From the NCBI GenBank assembly GCA_011109175.1, contig RDEW01000023.1, positions 556,089 to 620,088 of the forward strand: a stretch of DNA of 64,000 nt, read 5' to 3'. The notes below the pieces were generated by a model. The model was not told the origin of the DNA and searched no databases. It saw only the letters and a program-made list of their open reading frames with translations. Source of the stretch: Dicyema japonicum. Its lineage: Eukaryota > Animalia > Dicyemida. Positions 12,720 through 25,227 of this stretch are shown in pieces; the stretch's first letter is position 1; each line of letters opens with the position of its first letter. The position numbers and the translations under genes were made by a program.

Positions 12720-13060
12720 TTCGCCAGTGTAGTGAGTTGCCCGCTCTTCTAGCGCCTCGACGACTATAGGATTTACTCAATTGGTGTCTTGACTCCACGT
12801 TTGTGCTCGACAATCATACTTTCTAATGTTTCTTTTATTGGCATATCAATAGACAAAACTTTCAAATAATTTCTGTACCAAGTGGAGATAATCCCGTCCC
12901 ATGTCAAAACCACTGGGATAATTCTCATAGGAATTCTCCAGCGCGTAAGTCAAACTTGTGTAGCTTTTCCACTTTTGTATGCTTGAGTACTTCTTGTGAA
13001 CTGATTCTAACTTTGTAATTACAATCTCATTTTTCATCTTGTAGACATGAATTACTATAT
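12720..13060 (-). mobile_element. 3' fragment of R4/Dong-like RLE retrotransposon
   Basis: RIIPVVLTWDGIISTWYRNYLK...KETLESM, the C-terminal motif of the family seen at 51244-53962. Confidence 0.6.
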
Positions 13061-13594
13061 TTATCGCTAATATATCAATTTATAATTCCAAATTTAGCAC
13101 TAATACAAACTTGAAGGGGTCATTTTGCTTTTAGATATGGGAGATGGGAAGGTTTGGGGATAAGATCGAACTACCGGTAAATTTGTCGTTTAGTGAATTT
13201 TGATGACGATTTGAAACAGGCAGTATATAATAATACCGCACTTTCGCAGGACCCAGGTCATGGCCTCCGCATCTGCAGTCAACAAGACAAAACTTTATTA
13301 AAAAGAGACCGTTAGCTAACTAACTAAGGGTTGTGAGGAGATTTATCCAAGGGAGATACCGAAATTCCAATTCCTCTTGTTAAATTCCTTTTTAGTTAAC
13401 ATGCAGATGTTAAAGTGAAATTCCAGAAACTTCCTTCGTGTTAACTTTCCAAACTTAACACGCCTTTTGTAGCGTGTGAGCCACGTCACCAGCTCAGCCT
13501 TTCTATATATCCAGATCTCAAAAACTAATTACTGCAATCACCTTTGAATATGCTAACAAAGATTATCCCCTAATCCTTCATTTTTTAGAATATT

Positions 13595-14540
13595 TATTTA
13601 AGCACTTCACGAGAGCCATACTAATTATAGCCCCGCATGTGCAGCAAAAGAAACAAGGTTAGATGTCATCCTTTTCCATGCTCCCCTGTTCCTAGCCAAG
13701 GCTCTCATATTGTCCAGGTCGTCGGCATTTATTAGATTTTTTTGATATTGACCAGGTCTTTGTGTAAGACTATTGGCAGTGTTGTTCTTGGTCTTCCACG
13801 ATAGCGGCCTTCTTGACTAACATAGTATGTTTCCATGGATATGTTAGGTGGGGATGTTAATTTTATCCTCAGCACGTGTCTGAAGAGCTTCCATCGGGAT
13901 TCCAGTACTTCTAAGCTGATAGGTCTAGTGCTGCATCTCTTATATAAAGCATTCCTCGATATTCTCGTAGGCCAAGTAGTTACTGTTATTTTTCTCAGCT
14001 GACCTCTGTGGAACGAGTCTAGTTTTTCCAAATCCGCTGATGAGGTCGCCCAAGTTCCAGCGTTATATAAAAGTACGGGTTTTATGAATGAGTCGTATAA
14101 TAGGATTCTCATTTTCGTGTCTATGCCTTTTTGATTGAGCCATTGATTCTTCAGTTTATATAACGCAGCATTGGCTAGAGTTTTCCTACGTAAAATATCT
14201 TCGCTATCTCCCAAAAGTGAACCGAGTTTCTTTACTTGTCGCCACTTCTCTTCTAGGACGTTACTTATCCTTCTTATCTCTGTGAGTTCTGTTTTCTCTC
14301 TGTTCACAGTAAGAAACCATTTCCCTAGTACATCTGGTGCTTTTTCTAATAGGTTTTCCAGGACCTCTTTGTCTTCAGAAATTAGGTCTACATTGTCCGC
14401 GTAGATTACTTCTTCCGTTTTTCCTTGGTATAACGGTCTAAGTTCCCTCATAGCGGCCTCCAAATAAATTGTGAATATTAGAGGAGAAAGAGAGTCTCCT
14501 TGTGGAGTGCCCGTGTTTGTTTCAATTTTCTTTCAAAGAG
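13595..14540 (-). mobile_element. RTE-like LINE, 5'-truncated, relatively young
   Basis: GTPQGDSLSPLIFTIYL, YADNVDL, KKLGSLLGD, LLYNAGTW, GRPRTTLP; 243-aa open stretch; conserved 3' end and T/A tail. Confidence 0.9.
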
Positions 14541-15693
14541 GAATAGAAGAATTTATTTACCTTAACGTTGATATAATAACCAGGAACAATCATACAATAT
14601 CACATAGAAGTGTAAATTCTTTAAATATTCTAGGATTTCCAAACCAAATCTTGATTTTTAAGATAAGGGCATCAATTATAATGATGAAAAATTTAAAGTA
14701 ACCAAAATTATGCAATAGTGTACTGGGTTAGCTGTCAGATCATTTATCCCTAACTTAATAGAAGCTAGAGATGCTTTTCAAATTCAAGAGACTACAGTTC
14801 CTAGTAAGACTTAGTTTTGAAATGCCCAGCAGTAAATAGCAAGTACAATCCTTAAAAACAATAGATCTAGAAACAGATTGTTTTTCATGTGGGCAGTCTC
14901 AAGGTTCTGGAAATAATTTGTAAACTAATGAAGGCTGCGAATGATGCATATCCGAGGCATTTAGGTAAAAAAATTAGTAAACTTAATATATAATAGCTAA
15001 ACAATTGGAAAAAATATTTGCTAATGGCGGAAATGAAGAAAACATCTAGTCCTTGCAGTTGTTGGAAGTCCTGCAGTGATCCTGTTTTGTACCACCCTGA
15101 CACTGAGCACTACCTGAGATAGGTAGATCAGTGATGCCACTTTTGTAGAACGATGTTTGTTAATTAAGATAGCCCGGCCTCACCAATTTGTAGGAGACAA
15201 CCGACTATTAAATAGAACGCGGGAAATACCAGTCGCTCTCATAGATCGGATTTGTGTTTAAGTTAGTTTATGTTGAGTTGAACGATTTTCAGGAATTAAC
15301 CGTTTTCGTCGAGTCAGGGATTCTGTTCAAAGACCACAGTGAGAATTAGGAGAAACCAACCCGATCTTTGAGAGCGATAGCTTTGCACCAGTACAGTAGG
15401 CGCTATTCTTTAGTTTGACTTCCTTGAAAACAGAGAACCAGTTGATAACAAAATATTTGTGATTATTTTATTGCTTACTAAGACTAACATTCAATTGTCG
15501 CCGCGTGACCCAGAGATCTGTCAGGTGTATCTGCTCTGGCGCAGAACTCGAAAGGGAAATTGAAAATTTAGTACAAGAGAAGGAAAAAAAATAAAATTAA
15601 TATATTTGGTAATTAAAATGTATTTTAATCATGGATTTTTAAATAAAATAATTTTTGCCATAGTTTCAAAAATCCACTTAGTTTGATTGAAAA

Positions 15694-17307
15694 ATGCCTC
15701 CAAAAAAGAAAGCTGCTGGAAAAAAGCCTGAAAGTCCCCAACCATTGCCTGAGGTCCTTAATCCAGACGAAAAGAAAGTTTTCATCAAAGTAATTCAAGA
15801 ACTTGAAAACCGAATAAACAAGTAACTTTAAAAATTTTAAAGATAGATATCAAGGTCTCTGTGACTACCTGAGCGTTACTAACACAAAGTATGAAAACGA
15901 GCTGAATCAGCAAATATCCGAGAAAAAGGACATAACAAACTACCTCAAGAAAAACCTTCAATCGAAAGGTTTCAATGAAATGTGTAAATTGTCAGGATTC
16001 GAAATATATCAGCTAAATAACAAATTGACAGACTTGAATGAAGAAAAGGACAAAGAGCGGCAATCTTTTGAAAGCCAGCTGAGGTTACTAAAACAAGAAT
16101 TTCAGGAAACCAAGGACGCCTTGAGTGTAGAAAATATTACATTAGGTTTTGTCTTTTGGTTAAACTCAAAGCCGGAAAGATTGCCTCTTTAGAGGAATTC
16201 AAGGTACAAAAGGAGGACATTTTGTCAAAAATAAGCAGATTAGAAAATGAAATAAAGGAAAATGAGGTCAAAAGAAAGGAAGAGCTATATCAGCTAGAAA
16301 AGCAAAACATCCTCGATCGTCACACGTAAATTCTAATAACACTAAAGACTCCAAAAAGTAACTCTGCACAAACTAATCGACATCTCGACAAAATTCCGCG
16401 AGGAAACTAATCGACAGATGGCAGAAACAACGATACGGTCAATTCAAGAGAATACGGCCTTATCTAATGACTACAAGAAACTCAAAAACAAATGTGCGGG
16501 AATTCTCGAGGAAAATAAAAAATTAAAAGAAAGGGCAGCGATTCAAAAAGTAAACGAAGAAATATCTCAGGCTGTGAAAAAAAACCTATCAACCAAGAAC
16601 ATTAGCCTTATCGGGGTATGTTTAGGTTAACAATCCGAAAGATCATCAAAATACTGATGGAGACAAACAAATGTCTTAAATCCAAGCTTAAAAGCCAACA
16701 GTTCAAACAACCGATGGATGAAACTCCAAACATACAAGAAAGTGAGGATAATGAGCTGAATAATTCAAAACTAAATAATGACACAAACGACTCCCAGTTA
16801 CTTGAATTGACTATCTCGGAGTCACAAAATAATGAGTTGTTGCAACGAAATTATTCAGTTTTTCAGAGAATTTTGAAATTCTTGATCAAAATCTATTATT
16901 TTTTAAATTCAGTATTCGGCATGCTTTATTTAGGAATTTGACAATTTAGAAAATCGCAAAATTGAGGAAGAAGAGTTAAGTTACGAATTAATTTCAATGA
17001 CTTCTCTAATAACCTCTTTAGGAGTCCACGATTCTGAGCAGGAAGAAATATATAAGAAATTACAGTCCGTCCCACATCAAGAGGAATTTGAAGAAGAAAA
17101 AGAGTAGCCTTCGTTTAATGAGGGAGATTCAAATTTTCAGCTCCAGAAGAAAAGTATTTCCACTACCGAATTGGAGATGCTGGAATAGTTCCAATGGAAA
17201 GCGATGTCTTTTTAGCAAATATAAAGAAGAAAAAATCTAGGCTGATAGGGGACAACAAAACATACATGAAATATCTTATTAAAAAAATATCCGATAAAGT
17301 TCAGTGA
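15694..17307 (+). CDS. CFAP157: Cilia- and flagella-associated protein 157 (coiled-coil; 7 introns of 22-27 nt)
   Basis: MPPKKKAAGKK start; [52 protein letters not shown] and C-terminal HYRIGDAGIVP match CFAP157/C9orf117 as I recall it; fully open after splicing; TGA stop at 17305-17307. Confidence 0.85.
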
Positions 17308-17561
17308 TGTACTAATTTTAGATTGAGACATCCGTTAATGAAGAAATATCTTCTAATATTGTTGAAGACTAATTTTTAATGACTTTTAATAAAATAATAT
17401 TTATTTCGTCCAGTAACATATGTTCGAAAGTTCACAGGGACACTTTGATGTACTCAGTAAAGATCGATCGGATAATCTCTGAAATTGAGTCCTTTGCTAA
17501 TTTAATCAATTGAAATGTCTCCGAAATCACTCGAATTACAACGTAAGATGTTCCCTTAGAC

Positions 17562-17579
17562 CAGTGGTTCCAACCTGGG
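17562..17579. mobile_element. Possible hAT (Charlie-like) terminal inverted repeat, single end
   Basis: CAGTGGTTCCAACCTGGG resembles hAT termini; partner end not found. Confidence 0.25.
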
Positions 17580-18039
17580 TTCCGCAATTTAATAAAAATA
17601 AAAATTTTAATTAAAAAATTAGCACGTTATATATTTAGGCTCAGTTCAAAATACGGAATAAATATACCGGAAACTGCAGATTGCGTAATATGCAAGCCAT
17701 TAATGTCAGACACCTCTATTGCTCCTGTGAGACATTTACCAATGAAGCGTTCTCATATTAAAAACAAGGATTTGGCTAACATCTGTTTATCAAAAGGAAA
17801 TCGTTTGCTTTTTTGTTTTAAGGAAAATCTTCATCAATCAAGGACTATATTGTATTCAGTTGTACTTGAAGACATCAAAGGTCATCTAAAAGCATACATG
17901 AAAACATTATTAAATATTTTCCTGAAAATTTTGATAAAGACTGGATCAAAAATCTATTCTTAGGTAGTGAGCATTTATTGAAAAATGTTCGTTGTATTTT
18001 GATATTCTAAAAAGCAAAAATTTTATTTAGGAAAGAAAG

Positions 18040-18170
18040 GAGAGCAAATGATCACATAGCGGCTGACTGCGTGGCTATTCTCTCTCAGGAAGACAAGTGA
18101 GATTCGCTCTAATAACCAACAGCGCTCAGGAAGGTCTTCTGATCGTGTAGAAATCCGATTCCCCGAACGT
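18040..18170 (-). mobile_element. CRE-like 3' end fragment
   Basis: Similar to 56600-56780, which encodes EFLSHLGNQISARTGDSRE...ILIGNS. Confidence 0.5.
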
Positions 18171-18624
18171 ATTCTAAATTATAGACGTTAACCCAAACGG
18201 TCATTTTTAACAATTTGTTTTGTTCGTTATTCATCTCTTTTATAGGCGTTTATAAGGAAGACTTACTGTTAGTTCCTGTTTTCAAGATAATGCTAATCAT
18301 TTTTTAATTATTTTTACTTAATTTTTAATTTAGATGAAATTTACTGTATTTTATAAGTTATGACGAAATCAATATATTTTTTATATAATTAATGGGTCCA
18401 AGAAAAGTCGGCACTCTTTTTTTTATGTAACCTTGATGACCACCGGCAGATATGAAATTTACTGTATTTTATAATTTATGACGAAATCAATATATTTTTT
18501 ATATAATTAATGCGTCCAAGAAAAGTCGGCACTCTTTTTTTGATGTAACCTTGATGACCACCGGCAGATCACGTTCTCTCGTGTCCTAGCCCGCTATATG
18601 TGTCTTCCCCACACGTAATTAACC

Positions 18625-18690
18625 CTTAGGATCTCTGGGAATGTCAGTTATTGACAGTTGCCAGGCAAAAGGCCTGATGGTCTCAGGTTA
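18625..18690 (+). mobile_element. tRNA-like head of the SINE-like family (repeated at 18768-18828)
   Basis: Hairpins TGTCA-GTTAT-TGACA and CAGGC-AAAAG-GCCTG, then CAGGTT; matches the reverse complement of about 965-1040. Confidence 0.35.
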
Positions 18691-18946
18691 GTTTTTAATT
18701 ATCAATTATATAAAAAGATTTAAATTATTTGATCCTACAAGAACAACTTATTGGTTGTTTTACAGAGATCTCTGGGAATGTCAGTTATTGACAGTTGCCA
18801 GGCAAAAGGCCTGATGGTCTCAGGTTAGTTTTTAATTATCAATTATATAAAAAGATTTAAATTATTTGATCCTACAAGAACAACTTATTGGTTGTTTTAC
18901 AGAAAATATAAGAAAGAATATTTTAAGTCAAATAAAATTAATCAAA

Positions 18947-19393
18947 TTAAAATTGGTCTTCAACGTGGAAGTATTCTCCTTTCCAGTTTTTTCTGAACAA
19001 TTGACCTTTCCCGTGTACTCTGTAAACGTATGTCCCGTCAAGATTTACATATACGACATGTTCTCTAACATGATTATTTCTTCTTTTTTTAATAAAATAA
19101 GCTAAGAATTTTTCATATAACAATCTCATTAGCTCAACAAAAACATCAAGGAAAACTTCAGATAGTGTCATCATAAACATTCTAAAAACATCTGGAAACA
19201 GTTGATAACACATTAACATTATTTCTACGCAAACACTTGGATTTATTGTCGTATGATACACCATGAATGTCATAAATATGTTAACGTCGATCTCCTCGGG
19301 ATAGTTATTTAAAAAGTATAGAAAAACTTCTATATCCAACATGTTTGGGTATTCTAAATTATAGACGTTAATCCAACCGGTCATTTTTAACAA
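18947..19393 (-). CDS. Intronless orphan ORF, 148 aa, hydrophobic core and basic/aromatic C-terminus
   Basis: Uninterrupted ORF in very AT-rich DNA; no recognised motif; its 5' end and upstream are duplicated at about 18160-18290. Confidence 0.4.
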   Translation of the reverse strand: MLKMTGWINVYNLEYPNMLDIEVFLYFLNNYPEEIDVNIFMTFMVYHTTINPSVCVEIMLMCYQLFPDVFRMFMMTLSEVFLDVFVELMRLLYEKFLAYFIKKRRNNHVREHVVYVNLDGTYVYRVHGKGQLFRKNWKGEYFHVEDQF

Positions 19394-20269
19394 TTTGTTC
19401 GTTCGTTATTCTTCTCTTTTATAGGCGTTCATAAGAAAGACTTAACTGCTACTTCCTGTTTGTCGGTATATTTAAAATTCAATTTCAATTTATAGTTTCT
19501 AATTTACTGAGCCACTATGGTAGTTGCCTCAACTTATTAATGAACTCACCCTACATCAACTACTACGGGCCGATCTAAAACAAACCTAAAAAAGATCGCC
19601 TTCCATGCAACAGTTACACAAATCCTCCAACGTTTCTCGACTATCCTGTTACGACCGACACTATCCGAAACTCTTATGAAGAGAACGGAGGATCAAATAA
19701 TAACCCCGAAATACCGGTGTGTTCCCCAAGTTTATAGAAAGTCTGTTGGGTCGCGGGAGGAATATTAAGAAAAGTTGAGAAGGCTGCTAAGCGAAGCAGG
19801 AATCACCTAGTGGACTGTATAATAAAGACCCTTGGAAAATCTAGTATTGTGGTGAGATCAAAAAGCTTTTATATTTATCTTCAACTCAATGAGCTTAATT
19901 ATAAGCTGAACACACTAATTAACTGGCTGCGATTTCATGTCTTTTTTTATGGCATCAGCTGGTCCAACTATTCAGAGGAAACCACATGTTGTGTTGCAGA
20001 TGAGGAATCAGGGTTAACAAATTCCACTCCATTGAGTTTTATTGGTAACCTCTTAGGTGGTGTACCAGTGATGTCTAACATTACTACGGAGACCAAATCA
20101 AAGAATTTCGTCAACATACCTCCGAATTCTTTGCTAGTTTACGGGACTGACTATTTCGCAATTAGGTGACGCCATATGGGCTTTAGTTCGAAAGATCTGT
20201 AAAACTTTCAAACACTGGAGTAGATTTTGGAGAGATTCGAAGAAGATTTTTGTACTGTAAGCCCAATTA

Positions 20270-21560
20270 TTATTTATTATAAGCAGCATGCGTAAAATCA
20301 TAATATTTATAATTTCACTCGTGCAGCATTCAAAATAATCCTCCACCAACTTCTTCCAACCTCCTCGATTGTAAGATAGTTTCCTTAGATCGTCCAGGTA
20401 GTCTCCACCTTTTAGACTTTTGTTTACGAACTTTAGATCTCCGTCAAGTGTTTTGTAATACGCCGGCGTCCACGAAAACACGGTCGCTGTCTCATGAAGT
20501 AATCCTCTATTGCTATGCTGGATCACTTAAGTCCATACTTATGATATGTCCAAATAGCCTCCAACGCATATCAACTATTTCGAGACTTAGTGGACCCGTA
20601 CAACATCTCTTATATAGTGATTCCTTGTTTATTCTTGCTGGCCAGTTCAGATCTAGTAAGGATCTAAGTTGTCTTTGATGGAAAGAGTCAATTCCAAGTT
20701 GTTCAGTTTTGGACGTCCCTAAGGTCGATGAATTGTATATTAGGATCGGCTTGACAAAGGCTTCACACAATCTCAAACTAAGTGATGTGCAGGATCGTCG
20801 TTTGTCAATCCACTCTTTCTTCAACTTGTTCATCTTTACCCAAGCGATGGCCTTCCTTCTGGCAATATTTTGACTGTCTCCAGGTAAAGAGCCAAGTTTT
20901 TTTCGTTTTTCGCCATGTTTCACTTGATCTGCTTTCCATTCTCCTGATTTCCACAATGTCGGATTTTGCGGTGTTCATTCCAAGGAATCACCAATTTGTT
21001 TTTTGACACAAAGAAGACGTCGTCCGCGTAAGCAATTTCGACGATGTTGTAATGAGTACCAACATTGCACGTAAATTCACAGAAAAACGTCTTACCGACC
21101 CGCACTCTGAGCTTCGTGCTAGCTAGCAACACTCTGATCATAATGACAGAACCAGGGTCCAAGAATTGTTCCAGTATCCTGATAAGTAGACCACAGCGGA
21201 CCGTGTCAAAGGCCCTAGAGAAGTCTATTCCCAGGACTGTTGTTGCACTTTCAAATCTCTGGTTGATAGCGCAGCGCCACTTGTTGCTCATACTACATCA
21301 GCAGTGGATCTTCCTGTCCTGAATCCACTGTGACTAGGGGATAGATAGTTGTCAACTTGTTCTCTGATTCGGTTTAACGTAACTAATGCCAGAAGTTTCT
21401 GTAAGGTGTTTAGCAGGATTATTGGACGTAGGTTTTCAACAGGACCAGCATGCTTGTTAGAGTTTCCATTTTCTTTGATCCCAAATAGCTGAAATTTCGG
21501 ATAGACAAATTGCCAAGATCAGTAATCAAATGTGGGAATACCACGTTTAAACATTTTTTA
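20270..21560 (-). mobile_element. Degenerate RTE-like LINE (RT to 3' end)
   Basis: LGIDFSRAFDTV, YADDV, KKLGSLPGDS, LIYNSSTL, LRKLSYNRGGWKKLV. Confidence 0.85.
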
Positions 21561-21589
21561 ATTAGTCGCAGAGGACAAGGTCTCCATTA

Positions 21590-22010
21590 TGGCCTGCATG
21601 CATTAAACACGCAAAGCGAGTCACTCCTCATGATTGCCAAGCCGTCCAATTAACCTGATTAACTCAGACGTGCTCGGACCAAGAACGCCAGACGCCTCAA
21701 CGGAGATCGGCTGGAATACGAACAGATCAGTAATTCCGCAGTACTTTCCCCTTTTCGAATCTTTAGTATTACTCGCTGCAGAAGCCGTGCGCAACGACGA
21801 CTTGATCAGATTTACGGCTGAGAAAGTGTCCTTGCACGTTGAATCCCAAACAAATCACCTCCCTTGGCTACACAGCGAAATCGTTAGCCATCCATCCTCT
21901 TGCCGTCACCTCTGTGAATTCCGACGAGTTCCAGAATACAAGTAAACCTGGTGTCTTCGATAGCCCTCCTGACAGTCGAATTCAACGGCGTGACGAGAGA
22001 TCTCCCTTGC
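21590..22010 (-). mobile_element. CRE-like restriction-like endonuclease domain fragment
   Basis: ILELVGIHRGDGKRMDG...WDSTCKDT...FQPISVEASGVLGP. Confidence 0.75.
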
Positions 22011-22169
22011 GAATCTTTGGCAAAAAGTAAAATATCGTGAATTATTAGTAAGAATATACTCGTTATTCTGTTTGAATTATGAATAATTGTGAAATTTTTA
22101 TTATTCAGTTTATTATGAAGAATTATTAGATTAGGAGCGTTTTCAATTATTATTATTAATAGCATCCCT

Positions 22170-22860
22170 TTCAACAGATGTCAAAGGATCTTGGGTGTGA
22201 CAATTGATATGCATCTCTGTTTAACACCACACGTAGAAAATATTCTATTGAAATGCGAGAAGAAACTGAACGTATTGAAAAGTTTATCGGGAATATGGAA
22301 GAGTGGTACTCACCCAGTCTTGATGAACGTGTACAACAGTACATCGAGCCATGTTTCTCATATGCATGCGCCTCATGGGGACCGTCCATATCTTGGACAA
22401 ATATTAGGAAAATTGAGGAAATCCAAAAGAGGGCTTACAGAGTAACGGAGCGTTGAATTTGTGGAGATCACAGAACCGGAGGCCCTAATGAGATTAGACT
22501 CCAGATCACGGGAAGGTGGCCCTGAAAATTCAGGCAGTCGTCCTATACGTTCATGCGCGNAACAGTACATCGAGCCATGTTTCTCATATGCATGCGCCTC
22601 ATGGGGACCGTCCATATCTTGGACAAATATTAGGAAAATTGAGGAAATGCAAAAGAGGGCTTACAGAGTAACGGAGCGTTGGATTTGTGGAGATCACAGA
22701 ACCGGAGGCCCTAATGAGATTAGACTCCAGATCACGGGAAGGTGGCCCTGAAAATTCAGGCAGTCGTCCTATACGTTCATGCGCGAGCACAAAGGAAGAA
22801 CACCGGGCAAAGATGAGGTCTCTATTAGAATGCATCGGAATCACGTGATAATTAGTTTGG
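22170..22860 (+). mobile_element. Ingi-like LINE post-RT/3' fragment (with artefactual duplication at N 22560)
   Basis: LGVTIDMHL...LNVLKSLSG...QYIEPCFSYACASW...IQKRAYR. Confidence 0.7.
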
Positions 22861-23879
22861 TTTTACCGTGGTCTTGGGTTAAATAAATAAAAAAATAAGT
22901 AAACATAGAGTCATATTGACAATGATCCAATACATGCCACGAAGGAAGAACACCGGGCAAAGATGAGGTCTCTATTAGAATGCATCGGAATCACGTGATA
23001 ATTAGTTTGGTTTTACCGTGGTCTTGGGTTAAATAAATAAAAAAATAAGTAAACATAGAGTCATATTGACAATGATCCAATACATGCTTCTTGACAGATG
23101 ATCTTCAAGTTTTTTCAATTTTCGACTAGAAAATGTCAATTGGTCAATAATATAGTGATGACACATGGGTATGGTGACAGACTCAAGATACTTCGGAAAT
23201 CCGAAGTTTTGAAGAAATTGTATATACTTGATCTAAAGAAAAAGTATAAATAGTTTTCTACCGTTTATGATAGCAGTTTTATTATAGTAGAAAAATCCTT
23301 CATAATAAGGTTACATGNCATGCTGCTTGACAGATGATCTTCAAGTTTTTTCAATTTTCGACTGGAAAATGTCAATTGGTCAATAATATAGTGATGACAC
23401 ATGGGTGTGGTGACAGACTCAAGATACTTCGGAAACCCGAAGTTTTGAAGAAATTGTATATACTTGATCTAAAGAAAAAGTAAAAATAGTTTTCTACCGT
23501 TTATGATAGCAGTTTTATTATAGTAGAAAAATCCTTCATAATGAGGTTACATGATGTCACCACATCCATACGAAGAATATGCTAAAAAAGTCGCCAAAAG
23601 ATTTTAACACTTCTTGGCTCACGTTTGTATATCTCATAAAAAATCTCGTTTTTAATTTCTCCGGTCAGTAGATGTCTAATATTTCCCTCTGCTATGCTAT
23701 CTTTTAAGATCCGCTTTCAGCGTTCCCCACGTGTCTGAGTCTTACAGTTTACGAATGCATTTAACTCCAGAATGTACATCATTTTTCTGTGCCTTTGGCA
23801 TATCAGCAAGTCATCGATGGCTCCAAACGATATTAACGGTTAACTTTCCCCGTCTAAATCTGTTTTAATTTGAATTAAT

Positions 23880-24420
23880 TTAATTTATTAATCCAATTCA
23901 GTAGTTTCTTAGCGTGGCGCGGTGATCCAACATCGAGTCCACACAAGCATATATTAGAGATGTTGGAGTTCCAAAAATCCATTGGTCTGTCACTCTGTAT
24001 GTTCTTTTCTGTGCGGTCGTATCTTAAGGGTATTGGTCCAAGAGATGAATGGATCCCAGGAAGCACATACATAGGAGATGCATTGTTCGATGAACTGTTT
24101 GTAAACAGAATTCAGGACTGACAATAGTTAGGCCACATCAAGCTTTCCCCTTTCCCCTGAATAAAGAAGTCTTCCGACATGAAGACCCTTAGTTAAAATT
24201 TTCCGTTAGTTTCTTCAATTTCTACCTCCTTTGTTGCTTCTATTGCACCAAAACACCATATTTTCATGCTTGAGTCGCCGCATAGGATCAGGTTTTTGCA
24301 GAACTTAGTCATCTTTTTTCATTTCTCGAAAAATTTTCTGCAGAACTTCCAACTGCGACTCATCCATATTGTTTGAACGTCTATTACCACAAATTCACAT
24401 TAGGGAGATCCAATGACTTA
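23880..24420 (-). mobile_element. Deleted Ingi-like derivative
   Basis: YKQFIEQCISYVCASWDP, homologous to the 22330 region. Confidence 0.5.
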
Positions 24421-24576
24421 GATTTCACGTCTCTAGATCATATCTTTAGAACAAAGGTGTTTCCGTCCCAGCAACCGGCCTTCCGCTTATCTTATCTTCA
24501 AAGCTTAGGGGGAGGGGGTTTCAAAGTTTGATCTTTTTCTCGTTTATAATGAAGATATCGACTACTTTGACCGCCA

Positions 24577-24942
24577 TCAGAAAAGGTTGTTCTCTGTTTT
24601 TATTCTTAGCACAAGATTTTCAGACCATGGATTATTTTTACATAGTTCTCTGGGCCCTCCAGAACCAGAGCCATTATTTTTTAGTAAATTCACCTCCGAC
24701 TGAAAACCATTGTCTTCCTTCTTACCGTGAACCTGGAAGAGATGATTGAAACTCAAATTTCTGAAAAAAGGAATTTTCGGGTGAACGTAAGATCCGGATT
24801 CTATTCCGTCCAACCAAAAATTAGAAGAACTTGAAGGATCAAAAAAATCAAAATCAGATTTTAATTTAGCCAATTTGATGGCTTCAAATTTTTTAAACAA
24901 ATAAGAAGAATAACTTAAAATATGACTAATATCCAAATCCAT
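24577..24942 (-). pseudogene. Unidentified ORF divergent from PBRM1, upstream frame broken by stops
   Basis: 121-aa ORF; upstream continuation contains TGA/TAG stops; no recognised domain. Confidence 0.3.
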
Positions 24943-25227
24943 GAATTCAAATCGTTAATATTAGAATATTTCCTTAGAAATTACTCTTGCTCTTTGTCCG
25001 TTGAAAAAGTTTCCAAACCAAATTTTCAATTTTTTGGAACGTTAGAGCCAAAATATTCCTAGTGAGTAATTTCCTCTGAATCGAGTCAAAAGTTTTCCGT
25101 GGTTTCAAAAAACGTAGAACCACATGTTAGAACAATTTATGAATGATTGAATTTATTAATGAATAAACTCTTTATTAAAATAAAAATAAATATTTAAAAA
25201 TAAATCTCTGTGTTCATTGATTCGTTT

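Noticed and set aside
13240-13580. LTR-like segment with a possible PBS; a similar one at 14880-15480
   Set aside because: No partner LTR, TG...CA ends with TSD, or gag/pol found; the PBS match is imperfect
15655-15668. Half X-box (RFX) motif upstream of CFAP157
   Set aside because: Only one half-site matches, which is not distinguishable from chance
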